Assembly (NCBI GenBank): GCA_019115335.1
Contig: DXDT01000122.1
Location: 1-60,618, forward strand
Length of the DNA stretch: 60,618 bases
DNA from: Candidatus Brachybacterium merdigallinarum
Lineage (GTDB): Bacteria > Actinomycetota > Actinomycetes > Actinomycetales > Dermabacteraceae
Direction of reading: 5' to 3'
The notes under the pieces are model-generated. The model had not been told where the DNA came from and made no database searches. It saw only the letters and a list, made by a program, of their open reading frames with translations. Made by a program: the position numbers and the translations under genes. Below are positions 18,847 to 28,749 of the stretch, one piece after another. The first letter of the stretch is position 1. Each line of letters begins with the position of its first letter.

Positions 18847-18884
18847 GTACGACGGTAGACTCCCGTGGGTGCCTGCGGGCACGA

Positions 18885-18972
18885 GGAGGGTTGTCAGAGC
18901 GGCCGAATGAGATGGTCTTGAAAACCATTGTGCGGTAGCCCCGTACCGCGGGTTCGAATCCCGCACCCTCCG
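18885..18972 (+). tRNA. tRNA-Ser(TGA)
   Basis: GGAGGGT/ACCCTCC acceptor stem, ATGGT-CTTGAAA-ACCAT anticodon arm, long variable arm, GGTTCGAATCC T-arm. Confidence 0.97.
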
Positions 18973-18975
18973 CCG

Positions 18976-19701
18976 TCAGCGCTCGGTGCGCTCCACCCGT
19001 CGCTCCCCGGCCCGGATCGGCACGGGGATGTGGTTGCCGGACGGCGGCCGCGGGCAGGTCGCCCAGGCGCTGAACGCGGCCGGGAAGTTCACGGCCCGGT
19101 GGAAGTCGACCCGGATCGACCCGCCGTCGAGCTCCGCCTCGACCACCCGCCAGTCCGCGCTCGTGGACCCCGAGGTCTCGTCCGTGAACAGGATGCTCGA
19201 CTCGCCGGTCAGCACCAGCTCCACCAGCACGCCGGCGATCTCCAGCGTCGCGATGCCGGGGGAGGGCAGATGATGCTCGAGCCAGGGCACGGCCGCCCCC
19301 ACCGTCACCTCGGTGGGGCGCTCCCGCCAGGTGCCGGTGACCACGAAGGCGGGGTCCTCCGGGTAGGTGGGCACGCCGCTGAAGCCGGTGCGGCGGGGCG
19401 CGGAGGGATCCAGCAGGCGCAGCCCGGTGCGGCCGCCGCGCCGGATCACCTCGATATGGACGTCCCGCCCGAAGCGGGCCCGGTGCACGTCCCCCGGTTC
19501 GCCCTCCAGGATCTCGAGCTCCTCGCCCGCGCCGGACACCGACAGGGCGGCTCCGGTGAGCCCCCAGCGGCCCGGGACCCCGTCGAAGGACTGCCCGCCG
19601 GCGTCAGGATCCACCCAGTGCAGGCCCACCTGAGCCAGGATCCCGTGCGGTGCGGACAGCTCGCGGTCACGCCGGGCGCGGAAGGTCTCGTGGTCGCTCA
19701 T
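18976..19701 (-). CDS. DUF1684 family protein
   Basis: GILAQVGLHW, LFTDETSG, VDFHRAVNFPAAFSAWATCPRPPSGN..IRAGE. Confidence 0.85.
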   Translation of the reverse strand: MSDHETFRARRDRELSAPHGILAQVGLHWVDPDAGGQSFDGVPGRWGLTGAALSVSGAGEELEILEGEPGDVHRARFGRDVHIEVIRRGGRTGLRLLDPSAPRRTGFSGVPTYPEDPAFVVTGTWRERPTEVTVGAAVPWLEHHLPSPGIATLEIAGVLVELVLTGESSILFTDETSGSTSADWRVVEAELDGGSIRVDFHRAVNFPAAFSAWATCPRPPSGNHIPVPIRAGERRVERTER

Positions 19702-19761
19702 GGCAGGAGTCTCGCCCAGCCAGTGCCGGTCGTCGAGTCCGCTCGGCTAGCCTGAACGAAT

Positions 19762-20724
19762 ATGACAGCGCACCGCATCCCCCTGCCCGACCTCGAGCTG
19801 CTCTGCGCCGATGCCCTGCGCCGCGCGGGAGCATCCGACGCGATGGCCCGCAGCCTGGCAGCGGCCACCGTCGCCGCCGAGCGCCGCGGCAAGGTCGGAG
19901 TCGGCGCCGCCCACCTGGTCGACTACCTCGACGCCCTGCAGGCCGGGCGGCTGCACGGTGCCGCCGAGCCCCGGCTCGTCCAGCCCCGCGCCGCGGTGCT
20001 CACCGTCGACGCGGACCGCGGCACCGCCCAGCTCGCCGTGGACATCGCCGCCCCGGCCCTCACCGAGGCGGCCCGGACCTGCGGCGTCGCCGTGCTGTCC
20101 CTGCACGAGGCCTACCCCGCCGGAGAGCTCGGCCACTATGCGCACCAGCTCGCCGAGCAGGGCCTGATCGCGATCGTCGCGGGGAACTCCCCGGCCCTGA
20201 TGGCCACCCACGGCGCGACCGCCCCGGTGACCGGCACCAACCCCCTCGCCTTCGCGCTGCCCCTCCCCAGCGGGCCCCGTGTCATCGATCAGGCCTCCAG
20301 TGCCACCGCCTTCGTGAACATCCGAGCCGCCGCCGACCGTGGGGAGCCGATCCCCGCGGACTGGGCGCTGGACGCCGAGGGGAACCCCACCACCGATGCG
20401 GCCGCGGCGCTGACCGGCGTGATGCTGCCCTTCGGCGGCCTCAAGGGCGGCAACATCGCGATGATCATCGAACTGCTCGCGGCGATGTCCGGCGGCTCCT
20501 TCTCCCTCGACGCCGCCCCCTTCGACACCGGCACCGAGTCCCCACGGCTGGGCCTGCTGATCGCCGCGATCGACCCCACCGCCTTCGCCCCCGACTACCC
20601 CGCCCGCGCCGAGGCCCACCTGCAGCGACTGCACGAGCGCTTCGGCATCGACATCGGCCGCCGCAGGCCGCCCCGCACCCACGCGGCGCTGCCCGCGGCC
20701 CTGCTCCAGGAGCTGAACGCTTGA
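19762..20724 (+). CDS. Ldh_2 family oxidoreductase (DpkA/pyrroline-2-carboxylate reductase-like)
   Basis: GTNPLAFA, IDQASS, WALDAEGNPTTD, PFGGLKG; adjacent to proline racemase family gene. Confidence 0.88.
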   Translation: MTAHRIPLPDLELLCADALRRAGASDAMARSLAAATVAAERRGKVGVGAAHLVDYLDALQAGRLHGAAEPRLVQPRAAVLTVDADRGTAQLAVDIAAPALTEAARTCGVAVLSLHEAYPAGELGHYAHQLAEQGLIAIVAGNSPALMATHGATAPVTGTNPLAFALPLPSGPRVIDQASSATAFVNIRAAADRGEPIPADWALDAEGNPTTDAAAALTGVMLPFGGLKGGNIAMIIELLAAMSGGSFSLDAAPFDTGTESPRLGLLIAAIDPTAFAPDYPARAEAHLQRLHERFGIDIGRRRPPRTHAALPAALLQELNA

Positions 20725-21719
20725 GAAGCACCCGCATCCTGCACACCGTCGACGCGCACGTCGAGGGGTTGCCCGTCCGGGTCGTCACCGGGGGAGTGCC
20801 CGCCCTGCCCGGCACCACCATGGCGGAGCGCCGCACCTGGTTCATCGAGCACTCCGACCACCTGCGCACCCTGCTGATGTGCGAGCCGCGCGGCACCAGC
20901 TGGATGTCCGGCGCGATCCTGCAGCCCCCCACCCGGGCCGACGCCGACTGGGGAGTGCTGTTCATCGAGGTCACCGGGGTGCTCCCGATGTGCGGCGCCG
21001 GCACCATCGGCGTCGCGACCGTGCTGGTGGATACCGGCATGGTCGAGGTCACCGAACCCGTCACCACCCTCCGCCTCGACGCGCCGATCGGGCTGATCAC
21101 CGTCGACGTGCAGGTCGAGGCCGGCAAGGCCACCTCCGCCACGATCCGCAACGTCCCCTCCTACGCCCACGCCCTCGACCAGCCCCTCCAGGTGTCCGGC
21201 CACGGCACCCTCCGCTGCGATCTCGCCTTCGGGGGGAACTTCTACGCCGTCGTGCAGCTCGAGGAGCTCGGGATCCCCTTCGAGAAGGACTCGGCCGACG
21301 CGCTGATCGCCGCCGGCAGAGCGATCATGGACGCGGTGAACGAGCAGTTCCCCCTCACCCATCCCGAATCCGGGTACACCGGCTGCGAGCACGCCGTGCT
21401 CCTCGCCCCCGGATCCGACGCCCACCGCGCCCGCCACGTGCTGATCAACCACCCCGGCTGGCTCGACCGCTCCCCGGGAGGCACCGGCACCAGCGCCCTG
21501 ATGGCCATCCTGCACGCCCGAGGAGAGCTGGACCTCGACCAGGACTTCGAGAGCGAATCCTTCCTCGGCACCTCCTTCACCGGACGGCTCGTGGACACCA
21601 CCCGCGTGGGTGAGCACGTCGCGGTGATCCCCACCATCACCGGCAGCGCCTGGATCATCGCCACCACCCAGCAGCTGCTCGACCCCACCGACCCGTTCCC
21701 CGCCGGGTTCACGCTGTGA
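20721..21719 (+). CDS. Proline racemase family protein with non-canonical active site
   Basis: VDAHVEG, EPRG, PMCGAGT, NVPS, DLAFGGNFYA, DRSPGGTGTSA, DPTDPFPAGF; TTGA overlap start. Confidence 0.92.
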   Translation: MRSTRILHTVDAHVEGLPVRVVTGGVPALPGTTMAERRTWFIEHSDHLRTLLMCEPRGTSWMSGAILQPPTRADADWGVLFIEVTGVLPMCGAGTIGVATVLVDTGMVEVTEPVTTLRLDAPIGLITVDVQVEAGKATSATIRNVPSYAHALDQPLQVSGHGTLRCDLAFGGNFYAVVQLEELGIPFEKDSADALIAAGRAIMDAVNEQFPLTHPESGYTGCEHAVLLAPGSDAHRARHVLINHPGWLDRSPGGTGTSALMAILHARGELDLDQDFESESFLGTSFTGRLVDTTRVGEHVAVIPTITGSAWIIATTQQLLDPTDPFPAGFTL

Positions 21720-23302
21720 GGATCCGCGGCATCGGAGTCAGCCCCGGGAGGGCGGCCGGGCCGGTGCGGCAGATGGGGGAGCCGGTGCCGGCGCCGAGCG
21801 ACGATGCCCTGCCCGAGGGTGCCGACTCCGCGGCCGAGGCCGAGCGGATCCCGGCGGCGGCCCGTGAGGTCGCGGCGGAGCTGCGACGGAGTGCCGGGCG
21901 CGCGGCGGGGGAGGGTGCCGAGATCCTGGCCGCGACCGCGCAGATGGCGGAGGACCCGGCACTTCTGCAGGCCGCCCAGGAGCTCGTGCGCACCCGCCGC
22001 ACCCCGGCGCCCCGTGCCCTCTGGGCGGCGGCGGAGCAGATCGCCGGCAGCCTCGAGGCGCTCGGCGGTCCCTTCGCCGAGCGCGCCGCCGACGTGCGCG
22101 ACGTGCGCGATCGTCTCCTCGCCGCGCTGCGCGGGGACCGGCCCCCGGGGATCCCCACCGCCGCGGAGCCCTTCGTGCTGATCGCGCAGGACCTCGCCCC
22201 TGCGGACACCGCCGGGCTCGACCCCGCCCAGGTGCTCGCCCTGGTCACCGTCGTCGGCGGGCCGCAGTCGCACACCGCGATCCTCGCCCGCCGGCTCGGC
22301 CTGCCCGCGATCGTCGGAGCCGCCGGGGCGAGGGAGATCCCCGACGGCACCGCTGTGCTGGTCGATGCCGACGAGGGCTGGGTGAGCGACGAGAGCACCG
22401 CGCAGCCCCGGGCGCTGCGCACCTCGGCACCGCCCTATTCGGGCGGGGGAGCGGTCCTCGCCGACGGCACCCGCGTGCCGCTGCTCGCCAACGTCGGCAG
22501 CGTGCAGGACGCCGAAGCGGCCGCGGCCGCCCACGCGGACGGGATCGGACTGCTGCGCACCGAGTTCCTGTTCCAGGATCGCACCCGGGAGCCGAGCATC
22601 CCCGAGCAGGTCCGCGCCTACCGGGAGATCTTCGCGCAGTTCCCCGACAGGCCGGTCGTGGTGCGCACCCTGGACGCCGGAGCGGACAAGCCCCTGCCCT
22701 TCCTCCCCGTTCCCGCCGAACCGAACCCGGATCTCGGCATGCGCGGATACCGGATGGCGCAGCTGCATCCCGGGGTGCTCGACCGGCAGCTGGCCGCGAT
22801 CGCCCGCGCTGCGCAGGGAGCGGCCGCCCAGGTGCAGGTGATCGCCCCGATGATCACCACCCTCGCCGAGACCGAGGAGTTCGTGGCCCGCAGCCGGGCC
22901 GTCGGCATCGAGCGCGTCGGGATCATGATCGAGACCCCCGCCGCAGCCCTGACCTCCGCGCAGCTGCTCGCCGCCTGCGACGTCGCCTCGATCGGCACCA
23001 ACGACCTCACCCAGTACACGATGGCGGCGGACCGCCGGATCAGCGGCCTCGCTGAGCTCGGCAGCGTCGCCCAGCCCGCCGTCCTCGCCCTGATCGCCGC
23101 GGCCTGCGAGGGCGCCGCCGTGGCCGGCACCCCGATCGGGGTGTGCGGCGAGGCGGCCGCGGATCCCGAGCTCGCGGGGCTGCTCGTGGGCCTAGGGGCG
23201 ACGAGCCTGTCGATGACGCCCCGCGCGATCCCCGCGGTGGCCGCGGCGCTCGCCGGTCAGACCCGGCAGCAGGCCCGCGATAGGGTGCACAGCGACCTGT
23301 GA
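21716..23302 (+). CDS. ptsI: Phosphoenolpyruvate-protein phosphotransferase (PTS Enzyme I)
   Basis: GGPQSHTAILAR phospho-His site, GIGLLRTEFLF, RTLDAGADKP, EPNPDLGMRG, SIGTNDLTQY, VCGE. Confidence 0.93.
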   Translation: MRIRGIGVSPGRAAGPVRQMGEPVPAPSDDALPEGADSAAEAERIPAAAREVAAELRRSAGRAAGEGAEILAATAQMAEDPALLQAAQELVRTRRTPAPRALWAAAEQIAGSLEALGGPFAERAADVRDVRDRLLAALRGDRPPGIPTAAEPFVLIAQDLAPADTAGLDPAQVLALVTVVGGPQSHTAILARRLGLPAIVGAAGAREIPDGTAVLVDADEGWVSDESTAQPRALRTSAPPYSGGGAVLADGTRVPLLANVGSVQDAEAAAAAHADGIGLLRTEFLFQDRTREPSIPEQVRAYREIFAQFPDRPVVVRTLDAGADKPLPFLPVPAEPNPDLGMRGYRMAQLHPGVLDRQLAAIARAAQGAAAQVQVIAPMITTLAETEEFVARSRAVGIERVGIMIETPAAALTSAQLLAACDVASIGTNDLTQYTMAADRRISGLAELGSVAQPAVLALIAAACEGAAVAGTPIGVCGEAAADPELAGLLVGLGATSLSMTPRAIPAVAAALAGQTRQQARDRVHSDL

Positions 23303-23325
23303 CCGCATCGTTCAAGGAGGATCAG

Positions 23326-24792
23326 GTGTCGTTACCCGCACCCGTCCGTGCTGTGAGGAGGGGTGGGGCCCTGCTGATCGTCCTCTTCCTCGCGGCGATC
23401 ACCGGGCTGGCCACGCTGCAGCCCGCCGCCGCCGAGCCGAAGGACACCTACGTCATCGGCACGGACACCACCTACGCCCCCTTCGAGTTCACCGACGAGA
23501 GCGGCGAGCTCACCGGCATCGACATCGACCTGCTGCGCGCCATCGGCGAAGACCAGGGCTTCGAGGTCGAGTTCCAGCCCCTCGGCTTCGACGCCGCGCT
23601 GCAGGCGCTGCAGTCCAACCAGGTCGACGGCGTCATCGCCGGGATGACCATCACCGAGGAGCGCCAGCAGACCTTCGACTTCACCGACCCCTACTTCACC
23701 GGCGGGGTCCAGTTCGCGGCGCTGGAGGGCAGCGACGTCGAGTCCCTCGAGGAGCTCGACGGCGAGGTGGTCGCGGTCAAGAACGGCACCACCGGCAAGG
23801 AATGGGCCGAGGAGCACCAGGAGCAGTACGGCTACACGATCGACACCTACCAGGAGACCACCGACGTGGTCGATGCGGTGCGCTCCGGTCACGCGGTCGG
23901 CTACTTCGACGACTATCCCGTGATCGGCTACGCCATCACCCAGGGCTCCGGGTTCCGGACCGTGGGCGAGCCGGACTACGGCGGTGATTACGGCCTCGCG
24001 GTCAACAAGGGCCAGAACCCCGAGCTGATCGAGGCGTTCAACGCGGGCCTCGCCAACCTCCAGGAGAGCGGGGAGTACGACGAGATCGTCGACTCCTACA
24101 TCAGCGCCGAGGGCGAGGAGGCCGAGGTCCAGGAGCGCGGCAGCGTCATCGACGTGGCCATCGACTACTGGCCGCGGCTGCTCGAGGGCATCTGGCTGAC
24201 GGTCCTGTCCACCGTGGTCGCCGTGGTCGTCGCCCTCGTGATCGGGGTGATCGGAGGGTTCGGGCGGATCTCGAGGATCGCACCCTACCGCTGGCTCACC
24301 ACCGCGTACGTGTACATCTTCCGCGGCACCCCGATCCTGGTGCAGGCCTTCTTCGTCTTCTTCGCGATACCGCAGATGTTCCCCGAGGTGTCTATGAGCC
24401 CCTTCGTGGCCGGTGCGATCACGCTCTCGCTGAACACCGGCGCGTACATGACCGAGATCGTCCGCGGCGGCATCCAGGCGGTCGACCCCGGGCAGACCGA
24501 GGCGTCCCGCTCCCTGGGCCTGGGCCGCTGGACGACGATGCGCAAGGTCGTGCTGCCGCAGGCCTTCCGGATCATGATCCCCACCTTCGTCAACCAGGTG
24601 ATCATCACGCTGAAGGACACCTCCCTGCTCAGCGTCATCGGCCTGGCCGAGCTGACGTACCAGTCCCGCCAGATCATCGCGACCACCTATCAGTCCTCGC
24701 AGGTGCTGATCGTGGTGGCCGTCATCTACTTCGTGGTGATCACCGCCCTGACCCTGCTGTCCCAGCGCCTGGAGAGGAACACCGCGGTATGA
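23326..24792 (+). CDS. Polar amino-acid ABC transporter, fused substrate-binding/permease
   Basis: [17 protein letters not shown] (SBP family 3) plus [26 protein letters not shown]; AAGGAGG SD before GTG 23326 (alternative 23299). Confidence 0.93.
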   Translation: MSLPAPVRAVRRGGALLIVLFLAAITGLATLQPAAAEPKDTYVIGTDTTYAPFEFTDESGELTGIDIDLLRAIGEDQGFEVEFQPLGFDAALQALQSNQVDGVIAGMTITEERQQTFDFTDPYFTGGVQFAALEGSDVESLEELDGEVVAVKNGTTGKEWAEEHQEQYGYTIDTYQETTDVVDAVRSGHAVGYFDDYPVIGYAITQGSGFRTVGEPDYGGDYGLAVNKGQNPELIEAFNAGLANLQESGEYDEIVDSYISAEGEEAEVQERGSVIDVAIDYWPRLLEGIWLTVLSTVVAVVVALVIGVIGGFGRISRIAPYRWLTTAYVYIFRGTPILVQAFFVFFAIPQMFPEVSMSPFVAGAITLSLNTGAYMTEIVRGGIQAVDPGQTEASRSLGLGRWTTMRKVVLPQAFRIMIPTFVNQVIITLKDTSLLSVIGLAELTYQSRQIIATTYQSSQVLIVVAVIYFVVITALTLLSQRLERNTAV

Positions 24793-25523
24793 CCACCCAG
24801 AAGATCGTCATCAAGGACCTGCACAAGAGCTTCGGGGACAACGAGGTGCTCACCGGTATCGACCTCGAGGTCGCCGAGGGCGAGGTCGTGGCCGTGATCG
24901 GCCCCTCCGGCTCGGGCAAGTCGACCCTGCTGCGCTGCGTCAACCGGCTCGAGGAGATCAACTCCGGCTCCATCGTGGTGGACGGCATCGACCTCTCCGC
25001 CCCCGAGGTGAGGATCGACGAGGTGCGCCAGCGCATCGGCATGGTGTTCCAGCACTTCAACCTGTTCCCGCACATGACCGTGCGCGAGAACATCACCCTC
25101 GCCCCGGTGGAGCTGCGCAGGATGACGCGGTCCGAGGCGGACGAGCGCGCCCGCACCCTGCTCGAGCGGGTGGGGCTGGCCGACAAGATCGACGCGAAGC
25201 CCGCCTCCCTCTCCGGCGGTCAGAAGCAGCGCGTGGCGATCGCCCGGGCCTTGGCCATGGACCCCGAGGTGATGCTGTTCGACGAGGCCACCAGCGCCCT
25301 GGACCCCGAGATGGTGGGCGAGGTGCTGGCCGTGATCGGCGACCTCGCCGAGGGCGGCATGACCATGGTGCTGGTGACCCACGAGATGGGCTTCGCCCGC
25401 GAGGTCTCCGACCGCACCGTGTTCATGGACGGCGGGGTGATCGTCGAGGGCGGGGCCCCCTCCGAGGTGTTCGGCAACCCTCGCAGCGAGAGGCTCCAGG
25501 ACTTCCTGGCCAAGGTGCTGTGA
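24789..25523 (+). CDS. Polar amino-acid ABC transporter ATP-binding protein (GlnQ-like)
   Basis: [45 protein letters not shown]. Confidence 0.96.
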   Translation: MTTQKIVIKDLHKSFGDNEVLTGIDLEVAEGEVVAVIGPSGSGKSTLLRCVNRLEEINSGSIVVDGIDLSAPEVRIDEVRQRIGMVFQHFNLFPHMTVRENITLAPVELRRMTRSEADERARTLLERVGLADKIDAKPASLSGGQKQRVAIARALAMDPEVMLFDEATSALDPEMVGEVLAVIGDLAEGGMTMVLVTHEMGFAREVSDRTVFMDGGVIVEGGAPSEVFGNPRSERLQDFLAKVL

Positions 25524-25553
25524 AGGTGCTGTGATCAGCACCCCCTGGTCAGG

Positions 25554-25865
25554 TCAGAGCAGGCCCTGGTCCTCCGTGCCCGCCGCGATCGGCGTCATGC
25601 GGGTGACCAGGGTCGGCTTCTCGATGAGGTCCGCGATGTCGGCGTTGAGGATGCCGACAGGGCCCGCCGAGCCGTGGGCGTCCAGGTCCGCGACCGTCGT
25701 CCACTTCTCGATCATCGTGATGGTGCCGTCCTCGGCGTCGTGGATCGCGTAGAGCTCGCAGCCCTGCTCCTCGTGGACGGCGGCGATGCCGCGCTGCATG
25801 GCGGCGGCGAGCTCCTGCTTGCGGCCTGCCTTCGGGTAGAACACGGCGGTGACGACGACGGTCAT
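25554..25865 (-). CDS. Antibiotic biosynthesis monooxygenase (ABM) / putative quinol monooxygenase
   Basis: VHEEQGCELYAIH, IEKWT..DLDAH; 103 aa. Confidence 0.85.
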   Translation of the reverse strand: MTVVVTAVFYPKAGRKQELAAAMQRGIAAVHEEQGCELYAIHDAEDGTITMIEKWTTVADLDAHGSAGPVGILNADIADLIEKPTLVTRMTPIAAGTEDQGLL

Positions 25866-26239
25866 GGTGCTCCTCGGGTCGGTGATCCTGCTGCTCGAAA
25901 GCTACCACCGGTGTGTCCGGGAACTCGCCGACGTAGCGTGGGTCACATCGCCGCACACTGAGGCCCGCGATGCCGTAGGGTCGACCCTGTCACCCTGCGG
26001 GGTGGCGCGAGCGACGCTGGACCCTGTCCCCTCCGGGGACGACCGACGACGGTCGCACCGCAACGACGACGAAATTGGTTCTGCATACACTCACCGCGGT
26101 CACTCGGTCCACGCATCCCCTATCTCCTGGCTGGAGCCCTTCTGCTCGCCGGGACACCCCCAGAGAATTCCGTCTCGGCGCCGTCGGGACGGATACCCGG
26201 ATCACAGCCGTGATCCACGAACACAAAGGAAACACCGCC

Positions 26240-26443
26240 ATGGCAACTGGCATCGTCAAATGGTTCAACTCCGAGAAGGGCTACGGCTTCATCGCCCCCG
26301 AGGACGGCTCTGCCGACGTGTTCGCGCACTTCAGCGCGATCCAGGGCACCGGCCGTCGGGATCTCTTCGAGGACCAGCGCGTCGAGTTCGAGACCGAGCA
26401 GGGCCCCAAGGGTCTGCAGGCAGTGAACATCCGCGCCCTCTGA
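26240..26443 (+). CDS. cspA: Cold-shock protein
   Basis: [35 protein letters not shown]; 67 aa; AAAGGA SD. Confidence 0.96.
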   Translation: MATGIVKWFNSEKGYGFIAPEDGSADVFAHFSAIQGTGRRDLFEDQRVEFETEQGPKGLQAVNIRAL

Positions 26444-26455
26444 GCGCATCGACTT

Positions 26456-26492
26456 CTCGAGCCCGGCACCAGGATCTGGTGTCGGGCTCGAG
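26456..26492. terminator. Long hairpin between convergent cspA and GH78 genes
   Basis: CTCGAGCCCGGCACCAG-GAT-CTGGTGTCGGGCTCGAG, 17-bp stem with one G-T pair. Confidence 0.75.
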
Positions 26493-26506
26493 CCCTGTCC
26501 GGGCCC

Positions 26507-28723
26507 CTACCAGGTGAGGGTGGAGGTCCCCGGATCCACGGGATGGTCGCCGGAGGGCAGGCGCACCACGGCGCGGCTCCCGGTGGGGACCGCCAGCTCC
26601 AGCCGACGCTCCGCCCGGTCGACCTCCACACTGATCCGGCCGTGGATCGTCTCCCGGGTCATCGCGATGCGCTCCACATCGACCGTGAGATCCGGGGCGA
26701 CCTCGAACTCGTGCCAGCCGTCCGGACCGCGGCGGAGCCCCACCACGTGCTCGTGGATCCAGGTCACCGGGGTGCCCATGAAGTAGTGGGAGCAGGAGCG
26801 GGGCGAGACCCACATCTCCATGAACGTCGCATTGCCCGCCTCCAGCCAGGCCCGCCAGCCCGGGGCGGTCGGATTCTCGAGCACCCGCAGCGCGAGATCC
26901 CCATAGCCGTGCCGGGACAGCGCCGGCAGCAGGAACCGCACCCCGATGTGCCCGCAGTCGTGATGATCGCCGGCGTGACGCACCTGCGCCGCCAGGTTCG
27001 CGGCGACCGCGTCCACCAGCTCGGCCGGCACGATCCCGGATTCCAGGGCCAGCGCGTTAGGGGTCTGCCGGTACTCGGCCCCCGGCCCGTCCAGGTACAT
27101 GCCGCGCTCCCGATCCAGGAAGCGCCGGTTCACGGCCGCCTCCAGCTCGCTCGCCTCGTCGCGCAGCTGCTGCACCGGTGCCTGCTCGATCCCGGCTCGC
27201 TGCGCCGCGCGTGCCAGGGCACGCAGCGCCCGGGCGACGAACAGGGTGCCGGTCAGGCGCCTGTCCTCCCGGGCCGGTCCCGGGGTGCCGGGGGAGAGGT
27301 AGTCCCCCAGCACGCTCGAGATCAGGCCCTCCTCGTCACGGCGGGACAGCTCGTGGTACACGTACCGGGCCGCAGCCGCCCCGTGGTCCAGCACCACCTC
27401 GTCCAGGCCGTACTCGGCGGCCAGGTCGTCCAGCAGCACCGGCAGCAGGGTGGTCCATTCCGGGGCGGGGGAGAGCTCCTCGTACCCCCAGCCGGGGTTC
27501 GGGGAGATCACCGACAGGGAGCCGTCCTCGCGCTGACCGTCGAGCTGATCGTCCAGCCACTTGCGCAGCAGGCGGCGCATGTCGAAGGCGGTGGTCATCG
27601 CCGGCAGCGCGGTGAGCGCATCCCCGGTCCACCCGTTCTTCTCATGCATCGGGGTGTCGGTGGGGACATGGTGCATGTTGTTCGCGAGCGACGCCCGCAT
27701 CGCCCGATCGAACTGCTCCAGGTACCGGTTCGAGCTGGTCAGCGTGCTGGCGGGGGTGAGCTCGGCGTGGGCGTGGAGGCCGGTGACGCGCAGCGAGCCC
27801 AGGCCCCCGCTCTGCAGGGTCTCCAGCTGCACGTAGCGGAAGCCGCGGTAGCTGAACTGCGGCTCGTACCGCGGGGCGAGGGCGGGATCCAGGTGCACAT
27901 GGTCCTCCTGGAAGCGGCCCGTCCAGATGTGCGGGGTGGCGACGTCGACGCCGCCGTCCGGGCGCAGCTTCTCGCCGTGGATCGCACGGAAGCCGAGCGG
28001 CTCCGCGTCGCCCGCCAGCTCGAAGCGGCACCAGCCCGCGATCACCCGCCCCATGTCCAGCACCACCCGGTGCGCCGTGCGGGAGACGACCCGCGGGGCG
28101 ATCTCGGCGGCGACCGTGACCGGCTCGTGCCGCTGGGGGCGCAGCACCGCGTGCGGGGGCAGATCGGTGGCGAGCACGGCGCGGCGCCAGGTGCTCGCGT
28201 CGTAGGAGGCCCGCAGCCAGGCCTCCGGGCCCTCGCGCGGTGCGAAGGTCTCGCCCTCGTACATCGAATCGTGGGTGATCGGGCCCGGCGCGGTGCGCCA
28301 GGACTCATCCGTCGCGATCTCGAGCGCGGGATGCTCCGCGAACTCGATCCGAAGCTGCGCCCAGGCCCGCACCGGGCCCCGCCAGGGAGCCAGATCCCAC
28401 CGCCACTCGTTCGGCGTGGTCATCGCGTGGAAGCCCCGGCCCAGCGCGATCCCCAGCACGTTCTCGCCGGGGTGCAGCAGGGCGGTGACGTCGTGATCGC
28501 ACACCAGCACCCGTGTGCGGGCATCGGTCAGCCCCGGGTCCAGGCGCGATGCCGAGCTCGGCGCGCCGTTCACGAAGGCCCGGAACACGCCCAGCCCGGT
28601 CACCAGCAGGCGAGCGGAGACCGGTGCGGCCGGGAGCTCGAAGCGAGTGCGCAGCAGCGGGTTCTGGGGATCCGCGCCGGGCGCGGTGATCCAGTGGGCA
28701 CGAGCGGCGTCGATGACGGTCAT
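26507..28723 (-). CDS. Alpha-L-rhamnosidase family (GH78) glycoside hydrolase
   Basis: LDMGRVIAGW, FSYRGFRYVQ, PTDTPMHEKNGWTGD, GNATFMEMW, SCSHYFMG. Confidence 0.9.
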   Translation of the reverse strand: MTVIDAARAHWITAPGADPQNPLLRTRFELPAAPVSARLLVTGLGVFRAFVNGAPSSASRLDPGLTDARTRVLVCDHDVTALLHPGENVLGIALGRGFHAMTTPNEWRWDLAPWRGPVRAWAQLRIEFAEHPALEIATDESWRTAPGPITHDSMYEGETFAPREGPEAWLRASYDASTWRRAVLATDLPPHAVLRPQRHEPVTVAAEIAPRVVSRTAHRVVLDMGRVIAGWCRFELAGDAEPLGFRAIHGEKLRPDGGVDVATPHIWTGRFQEDHVHLDPALAPRYEPQFSYRGFRYVQLETLQSGGLGSLRVTGLHAHAELTPASTLTSSNRYLEQFDRAMRASLANNMHHVPTDTPMHEKNGWTGDALTALPAMTTAFDMRRLLRKWLDDQLDGQREDGSLSVISPNPGWGYEELSPAPEWTTLLPVLLDDLAAEYGLDEVVLDHGAAAARYVYHELSRRDEEGLISSVLGDYLSPGTPGPAREDRRLTGTLFVARALRALARAAQRAGIEQAPVQQLRDEASELEAAVNRRFLDRERGMYLDGPGAEYRQTPNALALESGIVPAELVDAVAANLAAQVRHAGDHHDCGHIGVRFLLPALSRHGYGDLALRVLENPTAPGWRAWLEAGNATFMEMWVSPRSCSHYFMGTPVTWIHEHVVGLRRGPDGWHEFEVAPDLTVDVERIAMTRETIHGRISVEVDRAERRLELAVPTGSRAVVRLPSGDHPVDPGTSTLTW

Positions 28724-28749
28724 GCCGGCGAGTCTGGCACGATGAGGCG

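Noticed and set aside
18885-25865. Integrative element at tRNA-Ser(TGA)
   Set aside because: No integrase and no repeat of the tRNA 3' end (att site) was found by eye; the downstream block may be accessory but cannot be called mobile.
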